In this document: in pieces, positions 26,407-34,712 of the stretch
How the letters are laid out: each line of letters opens with the position of its first letter
How positions within the stretch are numbered: position 1 is the stretch's first letter
DNA from: Escherichia phage RB16
Strand: one strand, 5' to 3'
Sequence record: NC_014467.1
DNA length: 64,000 nt
Notes under the pieces: generated by a model
The model's input: the letters and a program-made list of their open reading frames with translations, nothing else
The model's database searches: none
What the model was told of the DNA's origin: nothing
Program-made: the position numbers and the translations under genes

Positions 26407-27557
26407 TTTAACTCCACTGCATAAACATCGGTTTCAGTGGCTTTGTGTACGCGCATATCTTTACCGCATACTGCATAAGCCGGACAGTTACGACAACCGT
26501 TATGATCCTTATTACCGATCAGTTCATTACGGAACTGTTTGGTTTTCGGATGTTCCCAGATATCCTTAATGAAATCGTTCGCTTCCAGGACGTTCAAGCC
26601 TTCTTCCCAACCACCTTCAACCCAGCGTTCGGTAAACGAACAAGGGAAGAACTCGCCTTTCTCGTTGATGTACGAGCTAAACATGGTTGCTTCACAATCT
26701 TCGGCATACTGTTTGTACTGTTCGAAGTTTGGGTGTCCTTCCATCGCTTCAACGAAAGCGGGGGCTGAACAGCTATCGAAACCAAATCCTACACCAGAAT
26801 CAAGGCAATATTCAACAAGTTTTTTGTATTGTTCGCGGGTAACAGTATCCCAGTTCTTACCGCGTCCCTTTTGTTTCAGCCCCAGGAACACAATCGCATT
26901 GACTTGTTTCAGTCGCGGATCATTGCGCACAGCATCAACAACGTTAAACGCATCATCATAGGTTTTAGAGCTAACCATGAAGTGAAGGTTAATTTGCTGT
27001 TGTCCTGCTTCTGCCAGGTTCGCTACCGAGTCGAAAGCGACATCGAAGCCAGCATGTTTATAAACCGATACCGCAACAGCCCCAGCAACAGCCGCTAAAC
27101 GCGCTGCAACGTCTTTTGATACATCGGCAATGGTAAGGTTCGGCACAATGCCTTTAGAACGCGCATAGGCCATCATATCGAACATATCAGGGTTTGTTTG
27201 TCCCTGTGCATCAGCACCGAGGGCGCATTGAGTCAACCAGGGCATTTTATCAATGATAGATTTGAATGATTCCAGATCCATATTGTAGCCGTTAGGGTTG
27301 TTGGACTTGTAACAGAAACCGCACAGCTTACCAGCGGGGCCATTACATTTCGTGGTGATCTCGATATCGAGAATTTCAGGGAAAGGCGCGTATGTCGGAT
27401 CGCTTGCAAAGGTTGTACCCCAACGAGAGAATTCGCCAGTGTCAACATTGAAATTGTAGTTGTACCACTTAGAGCGAGCAAAGCGCATATTACCCTGCTG
27501 GTAAATCATCAGCGAAGGGGCTTTCATTACAGTTTGTGCGCGGTCAATAATATCCAT
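26403..27557 (-). CDS. putative Fe-S / radical-SAM-like enzyme with atypical Cys cluster (about 384 aa)
   Basis: LDIEITTKCNGPAGKLCGFCY (Cx7Cx2C preceded by TxxCN as in radical SAM cores) plus C-terminal CRNCPAYAVCG cluster; start set at MDIIDRAQ. Confidence 0.4.
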   Translation of the reverse strand: MDIIDRAQTVMKAPSLMIYQQGNMRFARSKWYNYNFNVDTGEFSRWGTTFASDPTYAPFPEILDIEITTKCNGPAGKLCGFCYKSNNPNGYNMDLESFKSIIDKMPWLTQCALGADAQGQTNPDMFDMMAYARSKGIVPNLTIADVSKDVAARLAAVAGAVAVSVYKHAGFDVAFDSVANLAEAGQQQINLHFMVSSKTYDDAFNVVDAVRNDPRLKQVNAIVFLGLKQKGRGKNWDTVTREQYKKLVEYCLDSGVGFGFDSCSAPAFVEAMEGHPNFEQYKQYAEDCEATMFSSYINEKGEFFPCSFTERWVEGGWEEGLNVLEANDFIKDIWEHPKTKQFRNELIGNKDHNGCRNCPAYAVCGKDMRVHKATETDVYAVELK

Positions 27558-27567
27558 GATATAGTTC

Positions 27568-27774
27568 TCAAAATTTAACGTGGGATTGGAAAACAGCACG
27601 AGCAAGGTTTTCGCTATCGAACGGGATTGATGTTCCCTGGTCTTTGCTGTCAATGTTAACGCGCCAGAACTCACTAGACCCGTTTTTGGTGGAGTAATGC
27701 ATCAGCGTTACCGTCTTATTCTTTTCCAGGAAGATGCGTTTATCAATCTCTGTTTTTATTTCGTGCTGCATCAT
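27568..27774 (-). CDS. hypothetical protein (68 aa)
   Basis: ORF track. Confidence 0.4.
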   Translation of the reverse strand: MMQHEIKTEIDKRIFLEKNKTVTLMHYSTKNGSSEFWRVNIDSKDQGTSIPFDSENLARAVFQSHVKF

Positions 27775-28049
27775 TTTACACTCCGTTTCAGTTTACGTTC
27801 GTCAGCCAGTTCTTTTTTGTACAGTTTAATGTACTTCCCGTTAAGGATGCGAAGCTGTTGGAAAACTTTGTTGCATAAAGCACGTTTCGCTTTGTATTCC
27901 GGCGTATTGCGGATTGATTCGATCGTCATACCCATTTCATTTTTAGGGTAAGCGCTCAATTCCCTGCCGATCTCCCTGTGCCAGTTGCTTAACTGGTCAC
28001 GCTTTGCTTTGTACTCTTCAAAAGTTAACATAACAATCTCCGGTTTCAT
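27771..28049 (-). CDS. hypothetical basic protein (92 aa)
   Basis: ORF track. Confidence 0.4.
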   Translation of the reverse strand: MKPEIVMLTFEEYKAKRDQLSNWHREIGRELSAYPKNEMGMTIESIRNTPEYKAKRALCNKVFQQLRILNGKYIKLYKKELADERKLKRSVK

Positions 28050-28096
28050 TTCTATGGGTGTAAGATAACATCATCCCACACCCAGCGCAAGCGATT

Positions 28097-28297
28097 TTAT
28101 TTTCCGTAAAGAACACAATATTCTTTATATTTTTCACGGGCTTTTTCTTCATTACTAAAGGAAACTCCCATTCCAAAATCAGAACCTTCGAACGTAACAT
28201 CCCACGATTCACACCCATCTTCCGAATAATAGGAAAGTGTTATTTTACGATCTTCAAGAACAAGTTGTTCAACAACAATATCAATTTCAGTAGTCAT
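28097..28297 (-). CDS. hypothetical protein (66 aa)
   Basis: ORF track. Confidence 0.4.
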   Translation of the reverse strand: MTTEIDIVVEQLVLEDRKITLSYYSEDGCESWDVTFEGSDFGMGVSFSNEEKAREKYKEYCVLYGK

Positions 28298-28440
28298 AGT
28301 TCATTTCCATAATCTTTTGCTGCATCTTCGGGGGTTGCGTCCAGTCGATAAAGCTCAACGGCTAACGGACTGGGTTTAATTTCGCGGTTCAGGATCTCAC
28401 TGATACCGCGAAGGAATTCGATATAAGGACGGAATCTCAT
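28294..28440 (-). CDS. possible small protein (48 aa)
   Basis: hand translation MRFRPYIEFLRGISEILNREIKPSPLAVELYRLDATPEDAAKDYGNEL; ATGA coupling to next gene. Confidence 0.25.
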   Translation of the reverse strand: MRFRPYIEFLRGISEILNREIKPSPLAVELYRLDATPEDAAKDYGNEL

Positions 28441-28688
28441 TTGATACGTACCGCGTTAAAAGCCTGGTTGCGCAGTTCATAAGCCTGTTCAAGCTGTTCA
28501 GTAGTGAACAGAGGACTATCGGTGTTAGTGGTGAAACTGCAAATGGTTTTGTTGTCGGCGTTTACTTCTTCAACAACGATTTCGTAACCCCAGATCCCGC
28601 TATACTCACATTTCACGTTCCGGTACTTGATGTAAACTGCTGCAACATCTTCTTTTTTGTAGTTCCGGCTTTTGTAGATGATTTCCAT
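28437..28688 (-). CDS. hypothetical protein (83 aa)
   Basis: ORF track; conserved leader motif upstream. Confidence 0.45.
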   Translation of the reverse strand: MEIIYKSRNYKKEDVAAVYIKYRNVKCEYSGIWGYEIVVEEVNADNKTICSFTTNTDSPLFTTEQLEQAYELRNQAFNAVRIK

Positions 28689-28742
28689 GATATCCTCCTT
28701 CGTTTCGATGTGTGTACAATAACAGATCAGGGTTATCGAGTT

Positions 28743-28916
28743 TTAGCAATTCGTGCTAATTACAGAAGCATTTCCATTTTTAAGCGAACGTTCCAGGGAT
28801 TCGGCGGTAACAGTGAATTCAGGGAACCACTGACCGATATTGTTTGACCACCACCAGACATTTACGCCGTCAGTTTTGAATTTGATGTTCAGGTAGTTAC
28901 TGAAAATGTGTTTCAT
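28743..28916 (-). CDS. hypothetical protein (57 aa; start trimmed)
   Basis: ORF 28743-29012 trimmed at MKHIFSNY to avoid overlap. Confidence 0.35.
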   Translation of the reverse strand: MKHIFSNYLNIKFKTDGVNVWWWSNNIGQWFPEFTVTAESLERSLKNGNASVISTNC

Positions 28917-28926
28917 GTTATTCCCC

Positions 28927-29205
28927 TTATGCCATTTTCTTAGCGATTTTCCACGCGGCTTTGAACTCAGGAACATCTTCAATCTCAACCCAGAAACCAG
29001 ATCCGAAACCATCGTTGTAGCAAGGACAACCGTCGCAGTAGTTTTCCCAGGTCATCACTTCACCACCAACAGAAGCACCAGTTTCCATCGCACGTAATGC
29101 ATCTTCAACCTTTTCCAGTTTTTCGGCGTTGTCGTCGTAAATGATGAAATACCATTTGCCGTTGTATTCGTTACCCAGTTTGATTGCTTCGCGAACAAGT
29201 TTCAT
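28927..29205 (-). CDS. hypothetical Cys-containing protein (92 aa)
   Basis: CDGCPCYNDG motif; start set at MKLVREAIK. Confidence 0.4.
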   Translation of the reverse strand: MKLVREAIKLGNEYNGKWYFIIYDDNAEKLEKVEDALRAMETGASVGGEVMTWENYCDGCPCYNDGFGSGFWVEIEDVPEFKAAWKIAKKMA

Positions 29206-29243
29206 GATGATTTCCTTTTTGTCTGTTTCGTTTCGATGTGTGT

Positions 29244-29272
29244 AATATAACAAAACCACTCACCATAGGCAA
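29244..29272 (-). promoter_or_regulatory. promoter cassette (-35 TTGCCT, 17-nt spacer, -10 TATATT) plus conserved leader
   Basis: minus strand TTGCCTATGGTGAGTGGTTTTGT TATATT ACACACATCGAAACGAAAC. Confidence 0.45.
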
Positions 29273-29298
29273 GGGGTTTCTTTAACAAAAAGTGCTAT

Positions 29299-29901
29299 TT
29301 AATAGTATCCCGGATCTTTGAAGTGTGCTTTCACATATCGCAGAATTTCATGAAGCATCTGAGTTTGCTCATGTCCACGTTGTGAAGCCATATCGATCAT
29401 GACGCGAGTCATTTCGACGTTCTCCAGGCTCGCTATACGCTGTTTTAAGGCTTCGTTTTCCTTTTCCAACTCAACCATACGGTTGTATGCGTTGACTCGC
29501 TCCAGAGGCATATCAGGGCGCTCTTTGAGGACACGGGCGCGGGAAACTTCACATTCATGGTTTGCTTTCCAGTGATCACGTTCACCAGCAAGTTTATCGT
29601 TCTCCTGATGTAGACGCACAATCTCTTTAAGGAGGCGTTCAGTGGTATCAGGATCAAACGAAACCATATACTGCATCAACGATTCCAGCCACATATTCTC
29701 TTGAACTGACTGCACCGCTTTAGGCCCGATAATGGTAAACGCGCGTTTCTTCATGTTGCTACCGCAACCGTAGTTAACGTTACCCGTAATCGAACCTGGT
29801 TGATTCGTACCATCCCACTTGTCACCGATAACAGGTTTTACTTGCTGAATAGCACGATTCAGCATTTCGAATTCTTCATCTAAAATCATTTCATATCCCA
29901 T
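29299..29901 (-). CDS. hypothetical coiled-coil protein (200 aa)
   Basis: long heptad-rich stretch ...LKEIVRLHQENDKLAGERDHWKANHE...LEKENEALKQRIASLE. Confidence 0.45.
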   Translation of the reverse strand: MGYEMILDEEFEMLNRAIQQVKPVIGDKWDGTNQPGSITGNVNYGCGSNMKKRAFTIIGPKAVQSVQENMWLESLMQYMVSFDPDTTERLLKEIVRLHQENDKLAGERDHWKANHECEVSRARVLKERPDMPLERVNAYNRMVELEKENEALKQRIASLENVEMTRVMIDMASQRGHEQTQMLHEILRYVKAHFKDPGYY

Positions 29902-30290
29902 AATTCATATTGTGAGCGAAGGATAGCGTAAAGGCTACCGATATGGATTGTGTCTACCGGACACTGGAAAAGATCCCCGCGCATCATGTTAAACTCGATA
30001 TCGTTACGTTCAACATAGTTACCGATCATTGATGTCCAACCCATCACCAGGTTGTAACCATCTTCTGATAACCCATAAGCCAGCCTAACCATGATACAAC
30101 GCTTATCAGCCAGTTCTACGCGCATATGGGTACTGGTATGAGTGACCTTGTTCGGGAATCTGCGAAACATTTTAGTAAGGAGTTTGGCGGTTTCAATATT
30201 GAACGCCAGTTCTTGATCCTTACTGGTCTGGTTATCATGACGACGATCCAGATATTTCTTCATTTTCGGATTCAGATTCACATGTTGCAT
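29886..30290 (-). CDS. hypothetical protein (134 aa)
   Basis: ORF track. Confidence 0.45.
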   Translation of the reverse strand: MQHVNLNPKMKKYLDRRHDNQTSKDQELAFNIETAKLLTKMFRRFPNKVTHTSTHMRVELADKRCIMVRLAYGLSEDGYNLVMGWTSMIGNYVERNDIEFNMMRGDLFQCPVDTIHIGSLYAILRSQYELWDMK

Positions 30291-30472
30291 AATATATCCC
30301 TCACAGGTTTATAACGTTCTTTTCCAGTGCCGTTGCATGAACTGCATTTTGGCGATCCGTAGTTATCATATCGCCCAGACCCATTACATGCAACACATTT
30401 CCGTAATTTACAGCCATACACGAACCGATTATTACATGCGGTTCGTGCTGCCTTGCGCTCATGGAAGTTCAT
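30278..30472 (-). CDS. small zinc-finger protein (CxxCxGxG repeats)
   Basis: CVACNGSG and CSSCNGTG repeats; ATGA overlap with next gene. Confidence 0.4.
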   Translation of the reverse strand: MNFHERKAARTACNNRFVYGCKLRKCVACNGSGRYDNYGSPKCSSCNGTGKERYKPVRDILCNM

Positions 30473-30672
30473 ACTTTGTTGTACACCTGAACAACCCACA
30501 TTTCGATATTTGGTGAGTAAGTAACGTTCACCATCGGCATAGTGCGGTATTTGTAAGCGGCTTTGTACGCGTCAAGTTCAGTCGGAACACAGAAAGAGAA
30601 ACCGTCGTCATAACGTTCTGCGTTAGAAACTTCACAACCAACTACAGCAGCAATATTTTTGTTCATGTTCAT
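30469..30672 (-). CDS. hypothetical protein (67 aa)
   Basis: ORF track; preceded by promoter cassette. Confidence 0.45.
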   Translation of the reverse strand: MNMNKNIAAVVGCEVSNAERYDDGFSFCVPTELDAYKAAYKYRTMPMVNVTYSPNIEMWVVQVYNKV

Positions 30673-30708
30673 GATGTTTTCCTTTCTGTGTTTCGTTTCG
30701 ATGTGTGT

Positions 30709-30745
30709 AATATAACAAAGCCCTTACAGTAATACAAGGGCTTTT
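30709..30745 (-). promoter_or_regulatory. terminator-hairpin/promoter cassette (-35 TTGTAT, 17-nt spacer, -10 TATATT)
   Basis: minus strand AAAAAGCCCTTGTATTACTGTAAGGGCTTTG TTATATT ACACACATCGAAACGAAAC. Confidence 0.5.
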
Positions 30746-30750
30746 TCAAT

Positions 30751-31059
30751 TTATTCGAATTTTTTTGGCAACTGGTCTACAAGTGTTTGAGTTTGATGAA
30801 GTTCTTCACTCAATTTATCACGATATTGAACCAGTTCGCGGGTTCGTGATGCGGAATAGCTAATGATTTTATCCGCGTTAGCCATGTAACCGTAACCAGC
30901 ACACGCGATTTCCAGTTTTGCGTTATCGCCGTTAGGTACGCGGATATGAGCATACGCCAGCAAGTTTTTAACCGCTTGTAACAGTTCATGATCTTCTTTA
31001 CCGATGATAAACTGGTTTGGTTCTACTGAATCAACATTCAGTTCTTCGTCTTTGTTCAT
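30751..31059 (-). CDS. hypothetical protein (102 aa)
   Basis: ORF track. Confidence 0.45.
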   Translation of the reverse strand: MNKDEELNVDSVEPNQFIIGKEDHELLQAVKNLLAYAHIRVPNGDNAKLEIACAGYGYMANADKIISYSASRTRELVQYRDKLSEELHQTQTLVDQLPKKFE

Positions 31060-31589
31060 TTTGCAGCCTTATACATTTCAATTACGCGTTTCATGTGCTC
31101 TTGTGATTGAGGCACACCAGCGAAATTCAATTTAATGAAGAATTCAAGACGATCCTTTTTATTACATTCATCCAACCCCAGGGCAGGTAATGACAGGTTT
31201 TCAAAGGCGCGTTGTTCGTGTCGCTGCATATCGTCCCAGAACAGACGGGAACCATCCGACATAGGAATCCCTATCTCACCTTCATAAACTTTGATAATCG
31301 TCGTCAGGCGTTGCTTGCCGTCGATTACTTCGACCCAGTGAGATTCGTTAAACTCGCTATCAACAGCGATCGCGATAATACCGCAAGGGAAACCCGTGAT
31401 CAACGTGGTCAGGAATTCATCTTGTTCTTTCTGCGTCCACACATAGGGGCGCTGATATGATGGATTCAGATCCAGATCCTTATTTTTCCACCAGTGGATA
31501 TAACTTCCAACCATGATCGCATGTTCACGACTTCTGAAAGTTATCCGTTCACGAATTCGGTTACGGGCTGGGATATCATCTTTAGACAT
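31056..31589 (-). CDS. DUF262 / ParB-like nuclease-domain protein
   Basis: PSYQRPYVW...VIDGKQRLTT matches the YQRxxxW / DGQQR signature of the ParB/Srx-fold DUF262 domain. Confidence 0.5.
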   Translation of the reverse strand: MSKDDIPARNRIRERITFRSREHAIMVGSYIHWWKNKDLDLNPSYQRPYVWTQKEQDEFLTTLITGFPCGIIAIAVDSEFNESHWVEVIDGKQRLTTIIKVYEGEIGIPMSDGSRLFWDDMQRHEQRAFENLSLPALGLDECNKKDRLEFFIKLNFAGVPQSQEHMKRVIEMYKAAK

Positions 31590-31911
31590 TATGGATCACC
31601 CACAGCAATAAACAAGAATTGATAACCGCGAAAGTGGTACAAATTGCAGCAAAAACACGCGCATTATGAACATCAGTTTTCAGTTCTGCGATCTCTTGAT
31701 CCTTTTCGCTTTCGAATTCGTCGCGGGTTCCGTAATAGCCAGGATCAGCAGGGGTAGAGATACGCACCGCATCTTTTTCTACAATAGTCGCATAACCATT
31801 GTTTACATTTGTTGCACCGTACCAATCACCACGGTCATTGTTAATGATCAGGTGTTGCCCCTTTTCATTGTGCTTTGCTTCACCAGTGACAACTACACGT
31901 TTACCGTTCAT
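31582..31911 (-). CDS. hypothetical protein with C-terminal TM helix (109 aa)
   Basis: C-terminal VFAAICTTFAVINSCLLLWVI. Confidence 0.4.
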   Translation of the reverse strand: MNGKRVVVTGEAKHNEKGQHLIINNDRGDWYGATNVNNGYATIVEKDAVRISTPADPGYYGTRDEFESEKDQEIAELKTDVHNARVFAAICTTFAVINSCLLLWVIHNV

Positions 31912-31914
31912 AAT

Positions 31915-32175
31915 TTATTCCTTCACATGTTGTAACAGGAAGTCTAACAGATTTCCTTCCGCTTGCATAGCATAAACTTTATTAAGTTTTGCGATGTTTT
32001 GAAAATCAGAGGTTTCTGGGTATTCCCAATTACCATCATCAGAAACAATAGCACCCACTGATAAACCAGTTTCGGGGTTGCGAGTCAACGCCAGCCCCAG
32101 CGGGTGCAATATTTCTTTGTTGATTTTCCAGATCAGCCCCATATCGGACAGGGTGTTGAAATCAACAATTTTCAT
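31915..32175 (-). CDS. hypothetical protein (about 86 aa)
   Basis: ORF 31915-32262 trimmed to MKIVDFNT. Confidence 0.4.
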   Translation of the reverse strand: MKIVDFNTLSDMGLIWKINKEILHPLGLALTRNPETGLSVGAIVSDDGNWEYPETSDFQNIAKLNKVYAMQAEGNLLDFLLQHVKE

Positions 32176-32176
32176 G

Positions 32177-32563
32177 TTATGCCTTTGGGACAACACCGAA
32201 TGCCAGAAGACCCATACGATGATCGTTATCTGCCTCTTCACGGAAGAAATAGTATTGTTCATCGGAAATATCGATTACGGTGATACCCTCTTTCAGATAC
32301 GGCAACAGATATAACGGGATCAGCATCAAATCAGATTCACTGCTCCATTTACGGAAACCCAGATTTTCCATTTCTTCCCGCGTCAAATCATTAGGATCTA
32401 CCGGAAAGAAATTAGGCGATTTCATCAGGCGACCAGGAAGGTCACGAATATTGCTGATTGCGAATTCCGTTCCCCATGAAGTGTATTCAATAGGTTCGGC
32501 GGCACGGGTTGCGGTAGCAACGAGAATCATTTGGCACAGTTGAAAAGTATTTGGATTGCTCAT
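32177..32563 (-). CDS. hypothetical protein (128 aa)
   Basis: ORF track. Confidence 0.45.
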   Translation of the reverse strand: MSNPNTFQLCQMILVATATRAAEPIEYTSWGTEFAISNIRDLPGRLMKSPNFFPVDPNDLTREEMENLGFRKWSSESDLMLIPLYLLPYLKEGITVIDISDEQYYFFREEADNDHRMGLLAFGVVPKA

Positions 32564-32973
32564 GATATAGATCCCACAAGTTTAGTCAGAAGGTGTCCCA
32601 TAGTCTTACGCGCATGATCGCGGATCTGGCTATACGGAACATATTTGAAGTCATCCATTTCAGTAATGGTTCGACCGTTTTTAACGAAGGTTGAAGCGCA
32701 AACACATTTTTCTGCTTCGGGGTAATTATTACCCACATATACGAATAACACAAGCTCTTTTTTACTCGTATAATCAATCAGACCCAGGCTCAACAGTTCG
32801 TGTTGTTCAACTACAACGCCCGTTTCCTCGAAGCATTCACGGATAGCAGCATTGATCGGGGATTCGCCTTTTTCGATATGCCCCTTTGGGATGTCCCAAT
32901 GAGGCGTTTCGGTTGCGTGACCCATTAAAACGCTGCCGTTATTCAGAAAGAGAATACCAGCAGACCGTTCCAT
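32560..32973 (-). CDS. nudE: Nudix hydrolase (NudE-like)
   Basis: Nudix box GHIEKGESPINAAIRECFEETGV (Gx5Ex7REUxEExGU). Confidence 0.8.
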   Translation of the reverse strand: MERSAGILFLNNGSVLMGHATETPHWDIPKGHIEKGESPINAAIRECFEETGVVVEQHELLSLGLIDYTSKKELVLFVYVGNNYPEAEKCVCASTFVKNGRTITEMDDFKYVPYSQIRDHARKTMGHLLTKLVGSIS

Positions 32974-33212
32974 TACTGTGCTCCGAACTTGCGATCGTAT
33001 GCTGCCAGCGCTTTATCTGCTGCATCAACAGCCTGTGTGTGCTTGTTGTTTGAACGCTCAGTAAACACTTCGCGGTAAATCGCAGTCCAGAGATTGCGGC
33101 GGGTATGTTCACTTTCTTCGTTGACACGAGAAGCCGCAAAAGCATTATGCTCTTTGATTAGTTGCGCCAGTTGCACATCATGATTGTTTTGTTGAATAGC
33201 TGTAGAAGTCAT
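32973..33212 (-). CDS. hypothetical protein (79 aa)
   Basis: ORF track. Confidence 0.4.
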   Translation of the reverse strand: MTSTAIQQNNHDVQLAQLIKEHNAFAASRVNEESEHTRRNLWTAIYREVFTERSNNKHTQAVDAADKALAAYDRKFGAQ

Positions 33213-33475
33213 AATTCACCTATTTCTTTCAGTTCAGTTTTCAGTTTTTCGAGAGTTGATTGGTACTGAATGCCGTTTTCTGGGTTTGGCAGACGGGCAT
33301 AATACAGCGTACCAGTTTTGTTTATGTCGGACAACACCTCTTGATCGAGGGTAGCCGGATCAATACCGAAAGCCATTTTAAACATGGTTTCCGCGTCTGG
33401 GGCGAATCCGTGAGAGAATGCAAACCCCAGCTTTTTATCAAACTGCATCAGGGATACTTTATTCACTTTTTCCAT
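33209..33475 (-). CDS. hypothetical protein (start uncertain)
   Basis: ORF 33209-33595 trimmed; several candidate starts. Confidence 0.35.
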   Translation of the reverse strand: MEKVNKVSLMQFDKKLGFAFSHGFAPDAETMFKMAFGIDPATLDQEVLSDINKTGTLYYARLPNPENGIQYQSTLEKLKTELKEIGEL

Positions 33476-33761
33476 AATGTTCTTCGTAGTCATCGCATTC
33501 AGGGAGATAAGTTTCGCAGAACATGCACAGCGTGAAGAAAGTAGGCTGGCGAATCCCGATATTATCAGGTAAGTACATCCAGAACGTGTTAGCAAACACG
33601 ATGAACGTTTTCAGGTTTTCAACGGTTACGGTACTGACACCATCATAACCGGATTGAGCAATTGCGCGTTCCAGGGGAACGGGGTATTGTTCGCAGTAAT
33701 CGACGTAATGATCGCTTGTTACAAGCGCATTAGCCGCCTTTACGAGATCGATAATTTTCAT
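33459..33761 (-). CDS. hypothetical protein (100 aa)
   Basis: ORF track. Confidence 0.4.
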   Translation of the reverse strand: MKIIDLVKAANALVTSDHYVDYCEQYPVPLERAIAQSGYDGVSTVTVENLKTFIVFANTFWMYLPDNIGIRQPTFFTLCMFCETYLPECDDYEEHYGKSE

Positions 33762-34096
33762 GCTTTTACATATTCCACTTTAACAGGTTTGGCGATAAGG
33801 TGATCTTTGGTGTAACCTTGTCCGTCGCAAACATCACAAACGATTTTGAAATCTTCCATTTGGTCGACCCATCCAGAATCAGGCAATCCAGAAGGGTACG
33901 TGTTGAAGGTTTTAACACTGTATCCTTTCCCATCACACTTAGGGCATTTATACGGGTATTTCGATTTGATCGCACTATACAATTGACCCAGTGTGGTCGA
34001 ATGATCAAAGTGTATAACAAATGCTTCAATGTCAGCAATACGCAGTTCGTTTGGCTTGATCACAGTAAACACATTTGAAGGTATGTTTGAGCGCAT
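33758..34096 (-). CDS. small zinc-finger protein (CPKCDGKGY ... CDVCDGQGY)
   Basis: two CxxCxGxG motifs; start trimmed to MRSNIPSN. Confidence 0.4.
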   Translation of the reverse strand: MRSNIPSNVFTVIKPNELRIADIEAFVIHFDHSTTLGQLYSAIKSKYPYKCPKCDGKGYSVKTFNTYPSGLPDSGWVDQMEDFKIVCDVCDGQGYTKDHLIAKPVKVEYVKA

Positions 34097-34106
34097 AATA
34101 TATTTC

Positions 34107-34247
34107 TCACTTAAAGAATTTTTTGATGAAAGAGAGGAACAATCCACCACCGAACATGATCCAGTATCCCGCGCCGTCACCGTGAAACAGGACGTAAACC
34201 GCGACACCATAACAAAAGATTTCTGCAATATTCAGTAAGTTTCTCAT
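34107..34247 (-). CDS. possible small membrane protein (46 aa)
   Basis: hand translation MRNLLNIAEIFCYGVAVYVLFHGDGAGYWIMFGGGLFLSFIKKFFK. Confidence 0.25.
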   Translation of the reverse strand: MRNLLNIAEIFCYGVAVYVLFHGDGAGYWIMFGGGLFLSFIKKFFK

Positions 34248-34336
34248 AACTCCCTCCTTTGTCTACACCAGGTATTTTACCAGAAAATAGACTACTGTCA
34301 ACAACAAAGTTTTATCAACCCACTTATCACCAGTCA

Positions 34337-34477
34337 TCAGTAGTCACCCATAGGTTGAGAAGAAGCAACGCTCAATACGCGGAAAGAACATTTGTTCCAT
34401 TCACAATATGCTTTCGCACAGTGAACACTACCTTTCATCACAAACCCGTTTGAGAACACCAACCAGTAAAGTTTCAT
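34337..34477 (-). CDS. small Cys-containing protein (46 aa)
   Basis: MKLYWLVFSNGFVMKGSVHCAKAYCEWNKC...; start follows promoter cassette and SD AGGAGG. Confidence 0.35.
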   Translation of the reverse strand: MKLYWLVFSNGFVMKGSVHCAKAYCEWNKCSFRVLSVASSQPMGDY

Positions 34478-34504
34478 GATTACCTCCTTTGTTTCGACAC
34501 CCCT

Positions 34505-34545
34505 AATATAACAAAAGCCCTTGCACGAATGCAAGGGCTTTTTCA
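34505..34545 (-). promoter_or_regulatory. terminator-hairpin/promoter cassette (-35 TTGCAT in 9-bp stem, 18-nt spacer, -10 TATATT)
   Basis: minus strand AAAAAGCCCTTGCATTCGTGCAAGGGCTTTTGT TATATT. Confidence 0.5.
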
Positions 34546-34712
34546 AATATTTTTCAACATGCGTAGTTGAGGTGGACAATCTGGAGAAGCAATCAAACAA
34601 TCCAGGCGAGACATAACGCGACGGTATCCGTCATACTCAAACTTGATTTTAGGCGGTACGTAGTTCACGTTAATTGCGTTGCGCGTGTTAATGTTCGCTT
34701 CGTACTCAGGGA

